DNA from: Lysobacterales bacterium
GTDB taxonomy: Bacteria > Pseudomonadota > Gammaproteobacteria > Xanthomonadales > SZUA-5
Direction: 5' to 3'
Length of the DNA: 49,377 bases
NCBI GenBank assembly: GCA_022844165.1
Contig: JALHMH010000034.1
Coordinates: 1-49,377 of the forward strand
A program made the position numbers and the translations under genes. Numbering within the stretch: position 1 is the first letter of the stretch; every line of letters starts with the position of its first letter. This document shows positions 19,379-29,075 of the stretch, piece after piece. The notes beneath the pieces were generated by a model. It worked only from the letters and a program-made list of their open reading frames with translations, ran no database searches and was not told the DNA's origin.

Positions 19379-19466
19379 GCTTCGAGCCCCCGACGGCTGT
19401 CAACTTGCCGTCTACCAGGCCACGGACATGGGTGGATTCCTGGTGCAGTATCCATATGCAATCTCC

Positions 19467-19793
19467 TCAGCAGATTGTTCTCGGCGCGCATGTTTCGATG
19501 GGTGCAGCTGCACCCGCACAACAGTTTTCGGTCAGAAACGCCAGCAGCGCATTCATCTGCGCAAAGTCGGCGCGGACGCGAATGACCCGACCCTCGCGCG
19601 TGTCGAGCGCGAGGCCGGCATTGCGCAGCACGTTCAAGTGTGCTGTCAGCGTCGCCGCAGGAATCGCCACTTGTTCGCGCAATTCGCCCACTGACATGCC
19701 CGCCGGGCCGGCCCGAATCAACGCACGAAACGCCGCGAGTCGGCTTTCATGGGCAAGTGCGCGCAACGCGCCGAGTGCGAGATCGGTGTTCAT
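19467..19793 (-). CDS. arsR: ArsR family repressor with C-terminal Cys-Cys metalloid site
   Basis: ALAHESRLAAFR..L..HL..L HTH; FLTENCCAG followed by two more Cys. Confidence 0.9.
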   Translation of the reverse strand: MNTDLALGALRALAHESRLAAFRALIRAGPAGMSVGELREQVAIPAATLTAHLNVLRNAGLALDTREGRVIRVRADFAQMNALLAFLTENCCAGAAAPIETCAPRTIC

Positions 19794-19795
19794 GA

Positions 19796-19819
19796 TTCGA
19801 TAATTCCGGAATTATAGAA
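19796..19819. promoter_or_regulatory. Probable ArsR operator
   Basis: TTCGATAATTCC|GGAATTATAGAA, a 12+12 inverted repeat with one mismatch immediately upstream of the arsR ATG. Confidence 0.75.
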
Positions 19820-19868
19820 ATAATTCAAGCGGTGAGGAATATCGACGTCGGTGGGCGATACTCTGCCG

Positions 19869-20513
19869 ATGTACCTTCCCCAGCACTTCGCCGAAGACCG
19901 GCCCACAGTTCTTGCCGGACTCATTGAGCAACATCCGTTGGCGACGATCGTGCGCGCCGGCAGTACCGGGCTCACGGCAGACCACATCCCGTTGATGTTT
20001 GAAGCGACGGGCGAGGGAGCCGGTCAGCTGGTGGGGCATGTTGCCAGGCGCAATCCGCTATGGCAGGCGTCGGATGGACAGCAATTGCTGGTCATCTTCC
20101 AGGGCCCGTCGAGTTACATCTCGCCAAACTGGTATGCGACGAAACACCCGTCAGGAAAGGCGGTGCCGACCTGGAACTACGCGGTGGTGCACGCGCATTG
20201 TTCGCTTTGCGATATCCACGACCGCTCGCAGCTGTTGGACCTCATCACGCGGCTGACCGACCGCCACGAGTCCAATCGCAGCCAGCGCTGGCGGGTCGCC
20301 GACGCACCGCAGGATTACACCGAGAATCTGCTTGCCAACATCGTCGGCATACGGCTGACGATCCATCGATGGTTCGGCAAGTGGAAGGTGAGCCAGAACC
20401 AGCCAGCGCAAAATCGGCAATCGGTCATCGACGGCCTGGCGAGCGAGGACAACGACGCGGCAGCGCAAATGTCATCGTTGGTTGCAACGCATGGCGGTCC
20501 CAAAACAAAGTAA
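19869..20513 (+). CDS. FMN-binding split-barrel protein, PaiB family
   Basis: MYLPQHF; GHVARRNP; YISPNWY; VPTWNY; KWKVSQNQ. Confidence 0.9.
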   Translation: MYLPQHFAEDRPTVLAGLIEQHPLATIVRAGSTGLTADHIPLMFEATGEGAGQLVGHVARRNPLWQASDGQQLLVIFQGPSSYISPNWYATKHPSGKAVPTWNYAVVHAHCSLCDIHDRSQLLDLITRLTDRHESNRSQRWRVADAPQDYTENLLANIVGIRLTIHRWFGKWKVSQNQPAQNRQSVIDGLASEDNDAAAQMSSLVATHGGPKTK

Positions 20514-20711
20514 ACAAATTCCGCGTCCTGCTGCGCCGAGACTCGATCGCGTTCACTTCTGAACTCTGCTGTCCGAATTTGTCTTTGCTGGTGGTGCCAC
20601 TTTGGGCCAAGACACGGTGACTGGGTTCGCTTCTCCCGCGCCGATGGCCTTTCGAGTGGTTCGGCACAGGTCTTGCTGCGTGGCTGCTCTCGTTGTGCGG
20701 TGGAGACGACC

Positions 20712-23225
20712 ATGCTTGCCCGATTTCTGACCGAAGTGCGACGCAGTGCCCGGGCATTGATCGCCAGACCGAGCTTCACGCTGATTGCCGTGTTGACGCT
20801 TGCCCTGGGCATCGGTGCGAACACCGCGGTTTTTTCGCTCTTTCACCAGATCGTAATGCGGCCACTGCAGGTGCCACAACCCGAACAACTGGTCAACTTC
20901 TTGGCACCGGGACCAAAATGGGGAAACACGTCAAATTCCCGCATCGGTCCGCGGGAGGCGATCTTCAGTTATCCGATGTTCCGCGACCTGCAGGCGAAGC
21001 AACAAGGGTTTACGGACATCGCCGCACATCGCGACCAGGCGGTGAACCTGGCGATTGATGGCAACACGCAGGTTGGTCAGGCTCTGCTGGTTTCGCCGGC
21101 GTACTTCGCGGTGTTGCAATTGGGTCCCGCCCTGGGACGCTTGATTGGTCCAGAGGACGATGCGCCGATCGGGCAATCGCAAATTGCAGTACTCAGCCAC
21201 GAATACTGGAAGAACACGTTGCGTGGGAGACCCGACGTGATCAACCAGATCATTAAAGTCAATGGTGTGGCCTTGACGATCATCGGCGTTGCGCCAGCGG
21301 GATTTCGCAGTACAACGTTCGGTTCGCAACCGCAGGTTTTTGTTCCCCTCAATATTCGCTGGCTACTGGCGCCGCAAGCACCCAAAGACCATGACAACCG
21401 CCTGAGCCACTGGCTGTATTTGTTCGCAAGACTCCGGCCCGGCTATCGCCTCGATCAGGCCGGCGCGCAAACCAACCAGGTGTATCAACAGATCATCAAC
21501 GAGGTCGAAGTGCCGCTGCAGCCCGGTGCAGCCAGCGCCACCATGGCACAGTTCAAGGCCAAACAGTTGTCATTCGAGCCAGGCGCAAGCGGGCAGAGCT
21601 CAACAGCGCGCACTGCGGCCACGCCGCTGATTCTGCTGCTGGCAGTGTCGGCTTTGGTGCTGCTGGTGGCGTGTTTGAACACCGCGAACTTACTCCTGGC
21701 GAGGGCCTCGACGCGCGTTGGTGAGCTGGCTTTGCGAGCGTCGATCGGCGCGCCGCAGGCACAGCTGTTGCGTGAACAATTGATCGAATCGGTGCTCCTG
21801 GCGATATTGGGAGGCCTGGGCAGTTTGCCGATCGCCCTGCTATGCATACAGGGACTTGCCGCCGCGTTGCCGAGTGTGGCGACAGCATCTATCGATACGC
21901 GTCTGGATTGGACAACGATGTACTTTGCAATGGCTGTCGCGCTCCTGACGGTGTTGATTTTTGGCCTGCTGCCGGCACTATTCGCCTCTCGAACGGCGCC
22001 CATCTTGAGCTTGAAGGGAAGCTCGCAGACCGGCGGAAGTCGTGCAGCGAATCGATTCCGAAATGCACTCGCCATCGCACAGATCGCGCTATCGATGGTC
22101 TCATTGGTGATGGCTGGCCTTTTTATTCAGAGCCTCTCGAATCTGAGTCGGGTCGAGCTTGGAATGCAGGTCGAGTCTGTCGCCACATTCGCGCTTTCCC
22201 CTGAACGCAACGGCTATGCGCCAACGCAAAGTGCTCAGCTCTTTGCGCAGGTCGAAGCGGAGCTTGGGGCACTACCGGGCGTTGCTTCGGTTACAACATC
22301 CCTGGTGCCTTTGTTAAGTGGCAACGACTGGGGAACCGGTGTGTCGGTCGAGGGCTGGCGTACCGAAACAGAACGGGCGCACTCGTACTACAACCTCATC
22401 GGGACCGACTACTTCCGCACGCTCGGTATCACCATGCTGGCGGGCCGCGATTTCACGCCGGGCGATACACTCGATCGGCCTAAAGTGGCCATCGTCAATC
22501 GACAATTTGCCGAAAAGTACGGTTTAGGCCAGGGCACACAAGCCATTGGCAAGCGCATGGCCGTCGGTGATGGCGCCGAACTCGATATCGAAATCGTCGG
22601 TTTGGTTGAAGATTCGCATTACAGTGGCGTCAAGCAAGGTGCGCCAGAGCAGTTCTTTTTGCCCTATCGGCAAGAGGCGACGATTGGATCGCTCAATTTC
22701 TATGTGCGCGGTGCGCTGCCACCGGAGCGACTGTTGACGACCATTTCGCAAGCCACGGCGCGCGTCGACCCGAATTTACCGATTGAGGACCTCGCGACGA
22801 TGCCGCAGACGATCCAGGAGAATCTCCTGGTCGACCGTTTTGTCGGGTTGTTATCGACGGCGTTCGCGGTTCTCGCGACGTTATTGGCCGCAGGCGGTGT
22901 TTATGGCGCGTTGACGTTTTCGTTGTCACAGCGCACGCGCGAAATCGGCTTGCGCCTGGCCCTCGGCGCCGCGCCGGCGAGAATCCGATCGGGTTTGATC
23001 GGCCAGGTGGCGCTCTTGTTCGCGATCGGTGCGGGAATCGGCCTGATTCTGGCATTGATGCTGGGCCAATCGGCGCAAGCGTTGTTGTTCGAACTCGATG
23101 GTTACGAGCCGACCGTGTGGGCGAGTGCGGTTCTGGTTCTGGCCTGCGTCGCATTTCTGGCCGCCTGGTGGCCTGCGCGTCGCGCGTCGCGCATCGACCC
23201 GCTGGTCGCACTCCGTTGGGAATAG
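20712..23225 (+). CDS. Duplicated MacB/FtsX-type ABC permease (ADOP-like)
   Basis: TLALGIGANTAVFS; ACLNTANLLLAR; QRTREIGLRLALGA; PARRASRIDPLVALRWE; GGAG RBS. Confidence 0.9.
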   Translation: MLARFLTEVRRSARALIARPSFTLIAVLTLALGIGANTAVFSLFHQIVMRPLQVPQPEQLVNFLAPGPKWGNTSNSRIGPREAIFSYPMFRDLQAKQQGFTDIAAHRDQAVNLAIDGNTQVGQALLVSPAYFAVLQLGPALGRLIGPEDDAPIGQSQIAVLSHEYWKNTLRGRPDVINQIIKVNGVALTIIGVAPAGFRSTTFGSQPQVFVPLNIRWLLAPQAPKDHDNRLSHWLYLFARLRPGYRLDQAGAQTNQVYQQIINEVEVPLQPGAASATMAQFKAKQLSFEPGASGQSSTARTAATPLILLLAVSALVLLVACLNTANLLLARASTRVGELALRASIGAPQAQLLREQLIESVLLAILGGLGSLPIALLCIQGLAAALPSVATASIDTRLDWTTMYFAMAVALLTVLIFGLLPALFASRTAPILSLKGSSQTGGSRAANRFRNALAIAQIALSMVSLVMAGLFIQSLSNLSRVELGMQVESVATFALSPERNGYAPTQSAQLFAQVEAELGALPGVASVTTSLVPLLSGNDWGTGVSVEGWRTETERAHSYYNLIGTDYFRTLGITMLAGRDFTPGDTLDRPKVAIVNRQFAEKYGLGQGTQAIGKRMAVGDGAELDIEIVGLVEDSHYSGVKQGAPEQFFLPYRQEATIGSLNFYVRGALPPERLLTTISQATARVDPNLPIEDLATMPQTIQENLLVDRFVGLLSTAFAVLATLLAAGGVYGALTFSLSQRTREIGLRLALGAAPARIRSGLIGQVALLFAIGAGIGLILALMLGQSAQALLFELDGYEPTVWASAVLVLACVAFLAAWWPARRASRIDPLVALRWE

Positions 23226-23297
23226 CCGGTACGTTGGCATGCGTGCGCGGGCCGACTGGTGTAGCGTGTTCGCTCCAGAGTGAATAGGGCTGCTGCA

Positions 23298-25406
23298 ATG
23301 CCTCTTGCGCGCGTTCTGTCGATGCTGGTGTTCAGCGCATTACTGCCGTGGTCCTTGTCGTTCGGACAGGAGGAACCGGGGGTGGCCGATGCCGCCCGGG
23401 CCGCGCCGGGCGAACGGCTGATCGTCGAGGCGCCGCTCGGTACGCCAGATGATGCGCAGGCAACCGCCAGTCGCGACCCGCAGCCGGCGCCGGAAGACAG
23501 GGAATCGGCCCCGCCAGCCGACAACGACGATGCCATTCCGCAGGGGCCATCGATTCCCGGTATGGCGCTATCGACGGCGCGTGCCGAGGGCATCGCACTG
23601 CAAGCTTTTGTGGACGGCATTGCCTTGGGCCTGCAACGCGAGCATGGACTGGCCGCGGTGTCGTTGTCGGTGGTGCGCAACGATGCGTTGCTGTTGGCAA
23701 AAGCCTATGGCCTGGCCGACGTCGCGGCGGGCCGGGCGGCGACGGCCGATACCACACTGTTCCGTATCGGTTCGGTGTCCAAGACCTTCACCTGGACCGC
23801 AGTTATGATGCTCGTCGAGCGGGGTCAGATCGATCTTGATGCTGACGTCAATCGTTACCTTAAAGCGGTCCGCATCCGCGAAGCGTTCGGAACGCCGGTG
23901 ACGATGCGTCATCTGATGCACCATCGCGCCGGTTTTGAGGACAGTCTGCGGTTGTTTGCGGTTTCCGACGACGATCCGCGCTCACTGGAAGAGCTGCTTA
24001 TCGCGCAGCAACCGGCGCGCGTCTATGCACCGGGTCTGCGGACGTCGTATTCGAATTGGGGCTCGGCGCTGGCGGCACAGCTCGTGGCCGACGTCAGCGG
24101 TCAATCCTACGACGCTTTCTTGCGCCGGGAGATTCTCGATCCGTTGGGCATGCATTCCAGTACTTTTGTGGCGCCGTCGAAACTCGAAGACAGCGTGCGT
24201 GCGAATCTCGCGACCGGCTACAAACGCGACAAGGGCGCTTTGGGATTGCAGGGTTACATGCAAATCGGCGCCTATTGGCCTGCTGGCGGTGTTGCATCGA
24301 CCGCTACGGACATGGCCCGATGGATGCGATTTCACTTGGGCGGCGGTGCGCTCGAAGGCGTGCGCCTGATGAGCGCAGAAACGCATGCCAGGATGTGGAC
24401 GCGGGCTTACGATGACCGAATCGGTGCGCCTGATCTGGCGCATGGCTTCCAGGATCGAAGTTACCGTGGCCTGCGAGCCTTAGGCCATGGTGGCGCCACC
24501 GCCGCTTTTTTCACCAACATGGTCCTGGTGCCCGAGTTGAACCTCGGTATCTACGTCTCGCAGAGCAGTCAGCAATCGCGCCTGCCTGTCGGCCTGCTGC
24601 CGGATCTGATCATCGACCACTTTCATGGTGGGCAGTTCCAGCCTGCCCTGACGATGGATGCTTCAAGCACGGAGGCACTGACTGACTTCGCTGGCACCTA
24701 TCTCAACAATCGTCGTGTGTTTTCCAGTTTCTCAGCGGTATTGGGATTGGGTTCGACGGGGCGCGTCGTCCCAGTATCCAACGATGCACTGATCGCGACA
24801 TTGAATGGCGAAGACCGGCAGTTTCGCCGCGTCGGCAATGAGCGCGATCTATTCGAGTCTGCCGACGGCGCGCGTATCGCCTTCGTGCGCGAGGGCGATC
24901 GCGTGGTTGCATTGGCCGACAGTTCGGGCGTGCACACACTGGAGAAGGTCGGCTTGCTCAACAGTCCGCATACTGCGTTTGCTGCGCTCGCTGTTGTTGT
25001 GCTGTCGGCGCTGACCACGTTGCTGGGTTTCTGGTGGCGCTTAGGTCGCGGTGCCGATGTGGGACAAGGTCCAGCCTCTTCCATCGCCGCAAGCGTTGCC
25101 CTGCTTTCGGCGCTGAGCGTCGTGGCCTTTTGCGTCTCTGTCGTTCTGCTGCTCCTGGACTTTCAGAAATTCGACCTGGCAACCATGGCCAGCTTCTATC
25201 CACCGCGATCGATGCTGTACACGCAATACGCAGCTTGGGCGATCCTGGGCGCGGCCGTCGCGATGTGGCTGGCGTTGGTGCTGGCCTACAAAGCGATCGG
25301 CTGGGGGCTTTGGCGGCGCCTGCACTTCGCGTTCTTCGCGCTAACGCTGGCGTTCGCCGCATTTCAGCTATGGCAATGGCGCGTCTATGGCGCGCCGCTG
25401 TATTGA
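23298..25406 (+). CDS. Beta-lactamase/PBP-like serine hydrolase with C-terminal membrane anchor
   Basis: FRIGSVSK (SxxK), YSN and GHGG motifs; signal peptide; four C-terminal TM helices. Confidence 0.85.
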   Translation: MPLARVLSMLVFSALLPWSLSFGQEEPGVADAARAAPGERLIVEAPLGTPDDAQATASRDPQPAPEDRESAPPADNDDAIPQGPSIPGMALSTARAEGIALQAFVDGIALGLQREHGLAAVSLSVVRNDALLLAKAYGLADVAAGRAATADTTLFRIGSVSKTFTWTAVMMLVERGQIDLDADVNRYLKAVRIREAFGTPVTMRHLMHHRAGFEDSLRLFAVSDDDPRSLEELLIAQQPARVYAPGLRTSYSNWGSALAAQLVADVSGQSYDAFLRREILDPLGMHSSTFVAPSKLEDSVRANLATGYKRDKGALGLQGYMQIGAYWPAGGVASTATDMARWMRFHLGGGALEGVRLMSAETHARMWTRAYDDRIGAPDLAHGFQDRSYRGLRALGHGGATAAFFTNMVLVPELNLGIYVSQSSQQSRLPVGLLPDLIIDHFHGGQFQPALTMDASSTEALTDFAGTYLNNRRVFSSFSAVLGLGSTGRVVPVSNDALIATLNGEDRQFRRVGNERDLFESADGARIAFVREGDRVVALADSSGVHTLEKVGLLNSPHTAFAALAVVVLSALTTLLGFWWRLGRGADVGQGPASSIAASVALLSALSVVAFCVSVVLLLLDFQKFDLATMASFYPPRSMLYTQYAAWAILGAAVAMWLALVLAYKAIGWGLWRRLHFAFFALTLAFAAFQLWQWRVYGAPLY

Positions 25407-25424
25407 TGCTGCAGGGATGGGTTT

Positions 25425-25850
25425 GTGGGGTCAGGCGCCCGAATTGCGATCGCACTTTGCGCTGGACTCTTCGCAGCGATGATGTTTCTTTATGGCACCA
25501 GCGCCGACCCGGACAAGGCGTGGCTTTCCTACTTTTTGGGAGCCTTTTGCGTGCTTGTGGCGATGGCGGGCCTGCTCAAGGGGCGAGCGGCGCGTTTCTG
25601 CGGCAGCGTCGTCGGTTTGTCAGTTTTTGCATTTGGTCTGCTCTACCTCGCCAACGAACTTCTCTCCGGTCCGTTCTTTTCGGATAGCAGGAGTAAGCCA
25701 TCGGTTCTTAACGCGATCATGTTTATGCTGGTGTTCGGCGTTCCCGGCTTGGTGTATGCCATCAAAGCAAAGTTTGGATTCGGGAAATCTGGTCAAGAAG
25801 TCGCTGTTCCCGGTCGCGAAACTCGTTCGCCAAACTCAGACAGCAGATGA
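25425..25850 (+). CDS. Hypothetical 4-TM membrane protein
   Basis: Hydrophobic ORF filling the intergenic space, AGGGA upstream. Confidence 0.6.
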   Translation: MGSGARIAIALCAGLFAAMMFLYGTSADPDKAWLSYFLGAFCVLVAMAGLLKGRAARFCGSVVGLSVFAFGLLYLANELLSGPFFSDSRSKPSVLNAIMFMLVFGVPGLVYAIKAKFGFGKSGQEVAVPGRETRSPNSDSR

Positions 25851-25881
25851 CGGAATGGCCTGGCCGATCCGTTGTGCGGCG

Positions 25882-27387
25882 TCATTCGAAGCCATTTATG
25901 TGCAACTCGCCGTTGGCAAGTGACTCTGATAGCAAATGCAGGTAGACCTCCAGGTTGTCGTAGCCCGCCACCCCCATGAGCGGTGACGACAGATGTGCAC
26001 CATTGGTTTGCGCAACGTTGGGATTGAGGCCCAGATGCGCGTAACGCAACTCGAAAGCATCCGGCATGCCGTCGTTGTCCACATCTGCAGGAGCGAGCGG
26101 TGCAACCGCAAAGTCGAGCCAGTGTGCGTCCTCGGCCTCGGGCTGCGCTTGGTTGAGCGCGCCCGGCGTGCCGCTTCGGACGCGGGTCATGATGCGCCGG
26201 TCCATTGGGTCGTGGGGAAAAGCCCCCGCCATCGCCGGAATCGCCGCCGCCAATGATGGCGCCGGCAGGTACTGAATTTGCGGATAGGCATGGCGTTGGC
26301 TCAAACGTTCGGCATTACCCAACCAGGCGTTGGGAGCGGCCGACGGGAAGTCGTTGCAACAGAAACTGAGCTGATAGTCGGCGAAATTCGGATAGAGGTT
26401 CATGCGATTGTCCGACAGGAAGAGCCGGTTGCCGACATTGCGCAACATGTCCCAATTGAACAGCGCATTGCCGTAGCCGCTGCGGCCGATCGCAAAATTA
26501 CCGACCGCATTCATGCGGATCAAATAGGGGCCGCTGGCGGGATTGGCGTTGACCCACTGTGCAAACTGCACATCGATGCCCGGATCGAACTGCAGGTTGT
26601 TGGACAACTCAAGGCGCAGTGGCGTGTTCTGGCAAGCATCGAAACGAAACGGCTGCATGTCCTCGTAGTTCGACGCCTCGCAGTTGATCTCCGGAAGCCG
26701 GCCACCTAGCCGAAACCACAGGTTCTTGACGATGCTCAGTTGATCGAGCGGATAGTCCGGGTGGGCGTAATTGAGCAGCATGCCTCCCCAAATCGCATGT
26801 CCGCCCACTGTTTCGGCCAATATGCTGCGTTGGATGGTGCCTTCCGATGCCCAGCTCAATTGTGCGGCCTCGTCGGAGGCATGCGCAAAAGAACTTCGGT
26901 CGATGATGAAACGCTTGATGCCGTCCAGCCGTAGCGCATCATCCAGCGCGTCGCCGCCGGTGGGTACGCCCCGATGCGGCGCCGGCCGGGAGCGCAGGTG
27001 ACGAACGATCAAATTGCCGCAGACATTGCGGCGATAGTGGGCGTCGCACAAGAAGCCGCGCACGATGACGCCGCCCGGCGAGGTCTGGCCGGCAATCGTG
27101 ACATCGCCATAAACCACGTTCGCCGGCGCGTGGATCACACCGCTGACTTTGAACAAGATATACCGTGGTCCAGTTTGTTTGAGTGCCCAGTTCAAACTGC
27201 CTTGCGTTGTGCCGTTGCTATCGGGTGCCAACGACGTGACATAGACAACTCGACCGCCTCGGCCACCTGTGGTCAGCGCGCCGAAGCCCTCGGCGCCTGG
27301 GAATGCCAGCAATGGCTGCGCATGTGCGTTCGAGGAAGCCACGATCAGCGCAATGGCCATGGCCAATTGCCGGAATCCTATGGTCAT
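25882..27387 (-). CDS. Secreted pectate lyase-like beta-helix protein with C-terminal GFE motif
   Basis: AFPGAEGFG..TTGGRGG; TIAGQTSPG; DVDNDGMPD Ca-binding loop; GYDNLEVY; ends ELHINGFE. Confidence 0.85.
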   Translation of the reverse strand: MTIGFRQLAMAIALIVASSNAHAQPLLAFPGAEGFGALTTGGRGGRVVYVTSLAPDSNGTTQGSLNWALKQTGPRYILFKVSGVIHAPANVVYGDVTIAGQTSPGGVIVRGFLCDAHYRRNVCGNLIVRHLRSRPAPHRGVPTGGDALDDALRLDGIKRFIIDRSSFAHASDEAAQLSWASEGTIQRSILAETVGGHAIWGGMLLNYAHPDYPLDQLSIVKNLWFRLGGRLPEINCEASNYEDMQPFRFDACQNTPLRLELSNNLQFDPGIDVQFAQWVNANPASGPYLIRMNAVGNFAIGRSGYGNALFNWDMLRNVGNRLFLSDNRMNLYPNFADYQLSFCCNDFPSAAPNAWLGNAERLSQRHAYPQIQYLPAPSLAAAIPAMAGAFPHDPMDRRIMTRVRSGTPGALNQAQPEAEDAHWLDFAVAPLAPADVDNDGMPDAFELRYAHLGLNPNVAQTNGAHLSSPLMGVAGYDNLEVYLHLLSESLANGELHINGFE

Positions 27388-27510
27388 CGCTCCTCCGCCA
27401 TTTCGTGCAGTCGATTCCTGCTCACCTCTCAACGGAGTTTTGCAGCCAAAACGTGCATGCTATGCGCGGAGCTTCGAGCGCCTGGTGGCCCTGGCCGGGT
27501 GCACCAGTCA

Positions 27511-28785
27511 CTATTCCTCACGTTCTAACCGCCAGCGCGGGAACGGATCGGGCAGGTGGTGCCAGAACCTCGGGCCTGGTGCGAACTCTGCATCCGTGAG
27601 CAGGGCCTGATCGAGTTCGGCGCGAATGTGCGCTTCATCCAGGCCGATACCGATCAATGCCAACTCCTGACGGCGGTCGCCGAAGCGAGGATCCCAAAGG
27701 CGCTCCATTGCTGCGAACTCGGTGGGATCGTGCACTTGCCATGGGGCCGGCAAGGATGCGGACAAGGCGTCGTCCATCGGGGGAGAATCGACCAGGCCGG
27801 CATCGACGCGTTCGCGAGCGGCAAACCAGAATCCAGCCGCCTGGTGTGTCGTCGCGCCGCCGACCGTCGCTAATTCTCCGACCCAGTCCATCCGCGAAGC
27901 CAGCCAGAAAAACCCCTTGCTGCGAATCACGCCGCCGAGCCCCTGTTCGATGAGCGCGTGAAAACGCACCGGATGGAACGGTCGCCGCGCACGATAGACG
28001 AAGCTGGTAATGCCATAGGCTTCGGTCTCAGGCGTGTGCTCGCCGCGCAACTCCTTCATCCAACCCGGCGCCAGTTGTGCTTTGACAAAGTCGAAGCGTC
28101 CCGTGCCGAGGACCTGCCGCAGTTTAACGCGACCGCGTTTGGTTTCCACAATTTCGGCATCTCGATTGAGCGCGCGCAACATCTGTTTGGCGCGCCGCAG
28201 TTGTTCGGGGCGAAGGCGATCGGTTTTGTTGATCACGAGGACATCGGCAAACTCGACTTGATCGGCGAGCAGTCCCACCAGCGGACGGCGATCGTCTTCG
28301 CCAGCGACCTGGCCACGATCGGCAAGACTGTCGATTGACCCAAAGTCCTTTTCGAAATTCTCGCCATCGATGACCGTGACCATGGTATCCAGCCGCGCGA
28401 CATCGCTCAACGAAAAACCGTCGTCATCGCGGACACCAAACGTCGCCGCGACCGGCATCGGTTCAGAGATTCCGGTCGATTCGATCAGCAAATAGTCGAA
28501 GCGCTTCTCAGCCGCGAGTCGCTTGACCTCTTCGCGCAGGTCCTCGCGCAAGGTGCAACAGATGCAGCCGTTGCTGAACTCAACCAATTTTTCCTCGGTG
28601 CGTGACAAGTTGCCACCGCCATCCTTGATCAACGCAGCGTCGATGTTGATTTCGCTCATGTCATTGACGATCACCGCGACACGCAGCCCTTCGCGGTTTT
28701 TCAGGACATGGTTGAGCAGGGTTGTTTTGCCAGCGCCTAGAAAGCCGGACAGCACGGTGACCGGCAGACGAGAGTCGGAGGTCAT
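27511..28785 (-). CDS. zigA: COG0523/CobW-family zinc metallochaperone GTPase (ZigA/YciC-like)
   Basis: LPVTVLSGFLGAGKTT; GCICC; IESTGISEP; NKTD; EHTPETEAYGI; GDRRQEL. Confidence 0.92.
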   Translation of the reverse strand: MTSDSRLPVTVLSGFLGAGKTTLLNHVLKNREGLRVAVIVNDMSEINIDAALIKDGGGNLSRTEEKLVEFSNGCICCTLREDLREEVKRLAAEKRFDYLLIESTGISEPMPVAATFGVRDDDGFSLSDVARLDTMVTVIDGENFEKDFGSIDSLADRGQVAGEDDRRPLVGLLADQVEFADVLVINKTDRLRPEQLRRAKQMLRALNRDAEIVETKRGRVKLRQVLGTGRFDFVKAQLAPGWMKELRGEHTPETEAYGITSFVYRARRPFHPVRFHALIEQGLGGVIRSKGFFWLASRMDWVGELATVGGATTHQAAGFWFAARERVDAGLVDSPPMDDALSASLPAPWQVHDPTEFAAMERLWDPRFGDRRQELALIGIGLDEAHIRAELDQALLTDAEFAPGPRFWHHLPDPFPRWRLEREE

Positions 28786-28848
28786 GTTCAGCTCATTCGC
28801 GTGAAAGTTGTTATAGAGTAACAGATATTCCTCAGTCTCCGATGTCCA
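28552..28848. repeat. Direct repeat copy 1 (zigA 5' end plus promoter)
   Basis: 297 bp aligning with 33292-33579. Confidence 0.9.
28809..28823. promoter_or_regulatory. Zur box
   Basis: TGTTATAGAGTAACA matches the gammaproteobacterial TGTTAT-N3-ATAACA consensus, upstream of a COG0523 gene. Confidence 0.8.
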
Positions 28849-29072
28849 GCAAATCAGAGGCTTGCGTCCAAGAACTCCGCGGATTATCCGGAAAAGCGTG
28901 CAGCAGGCGCGCCGTTACAGCCTGCGCGTCGGTCAGATTGCCGCTATCGCGATGCGCGCCGTTAAGCCTCGTCAGATTGGCCACATTGAGCGGGTCGATC
29001 GCGTCCACGCGCTGCAGTACCGCCAACGATTCGCGCAGTCTGCCTGCGCTCTGGTGAGTTCCGACAAGAAAC
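28849..29072 (-). pseudogene. Orphan internal TPR fragment
   Basis: SAGRLRESLAVLQRVDAIDPLNVANL..SGNLTDA..LLHAFPDN TPR pattern; no genuine start; cut at the repeat boundary. Confidence 0.6.
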
Positions 29073-29075
29073 TAC

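Noticed and set aside
23298-25406. Clinical-type beta-lactamase resistance gene
   Set aside because: SxxK, YxN and HGG motifs are shared by many esterases and peptidases, and the long membrane-anchored architecture is unlike AmpC.
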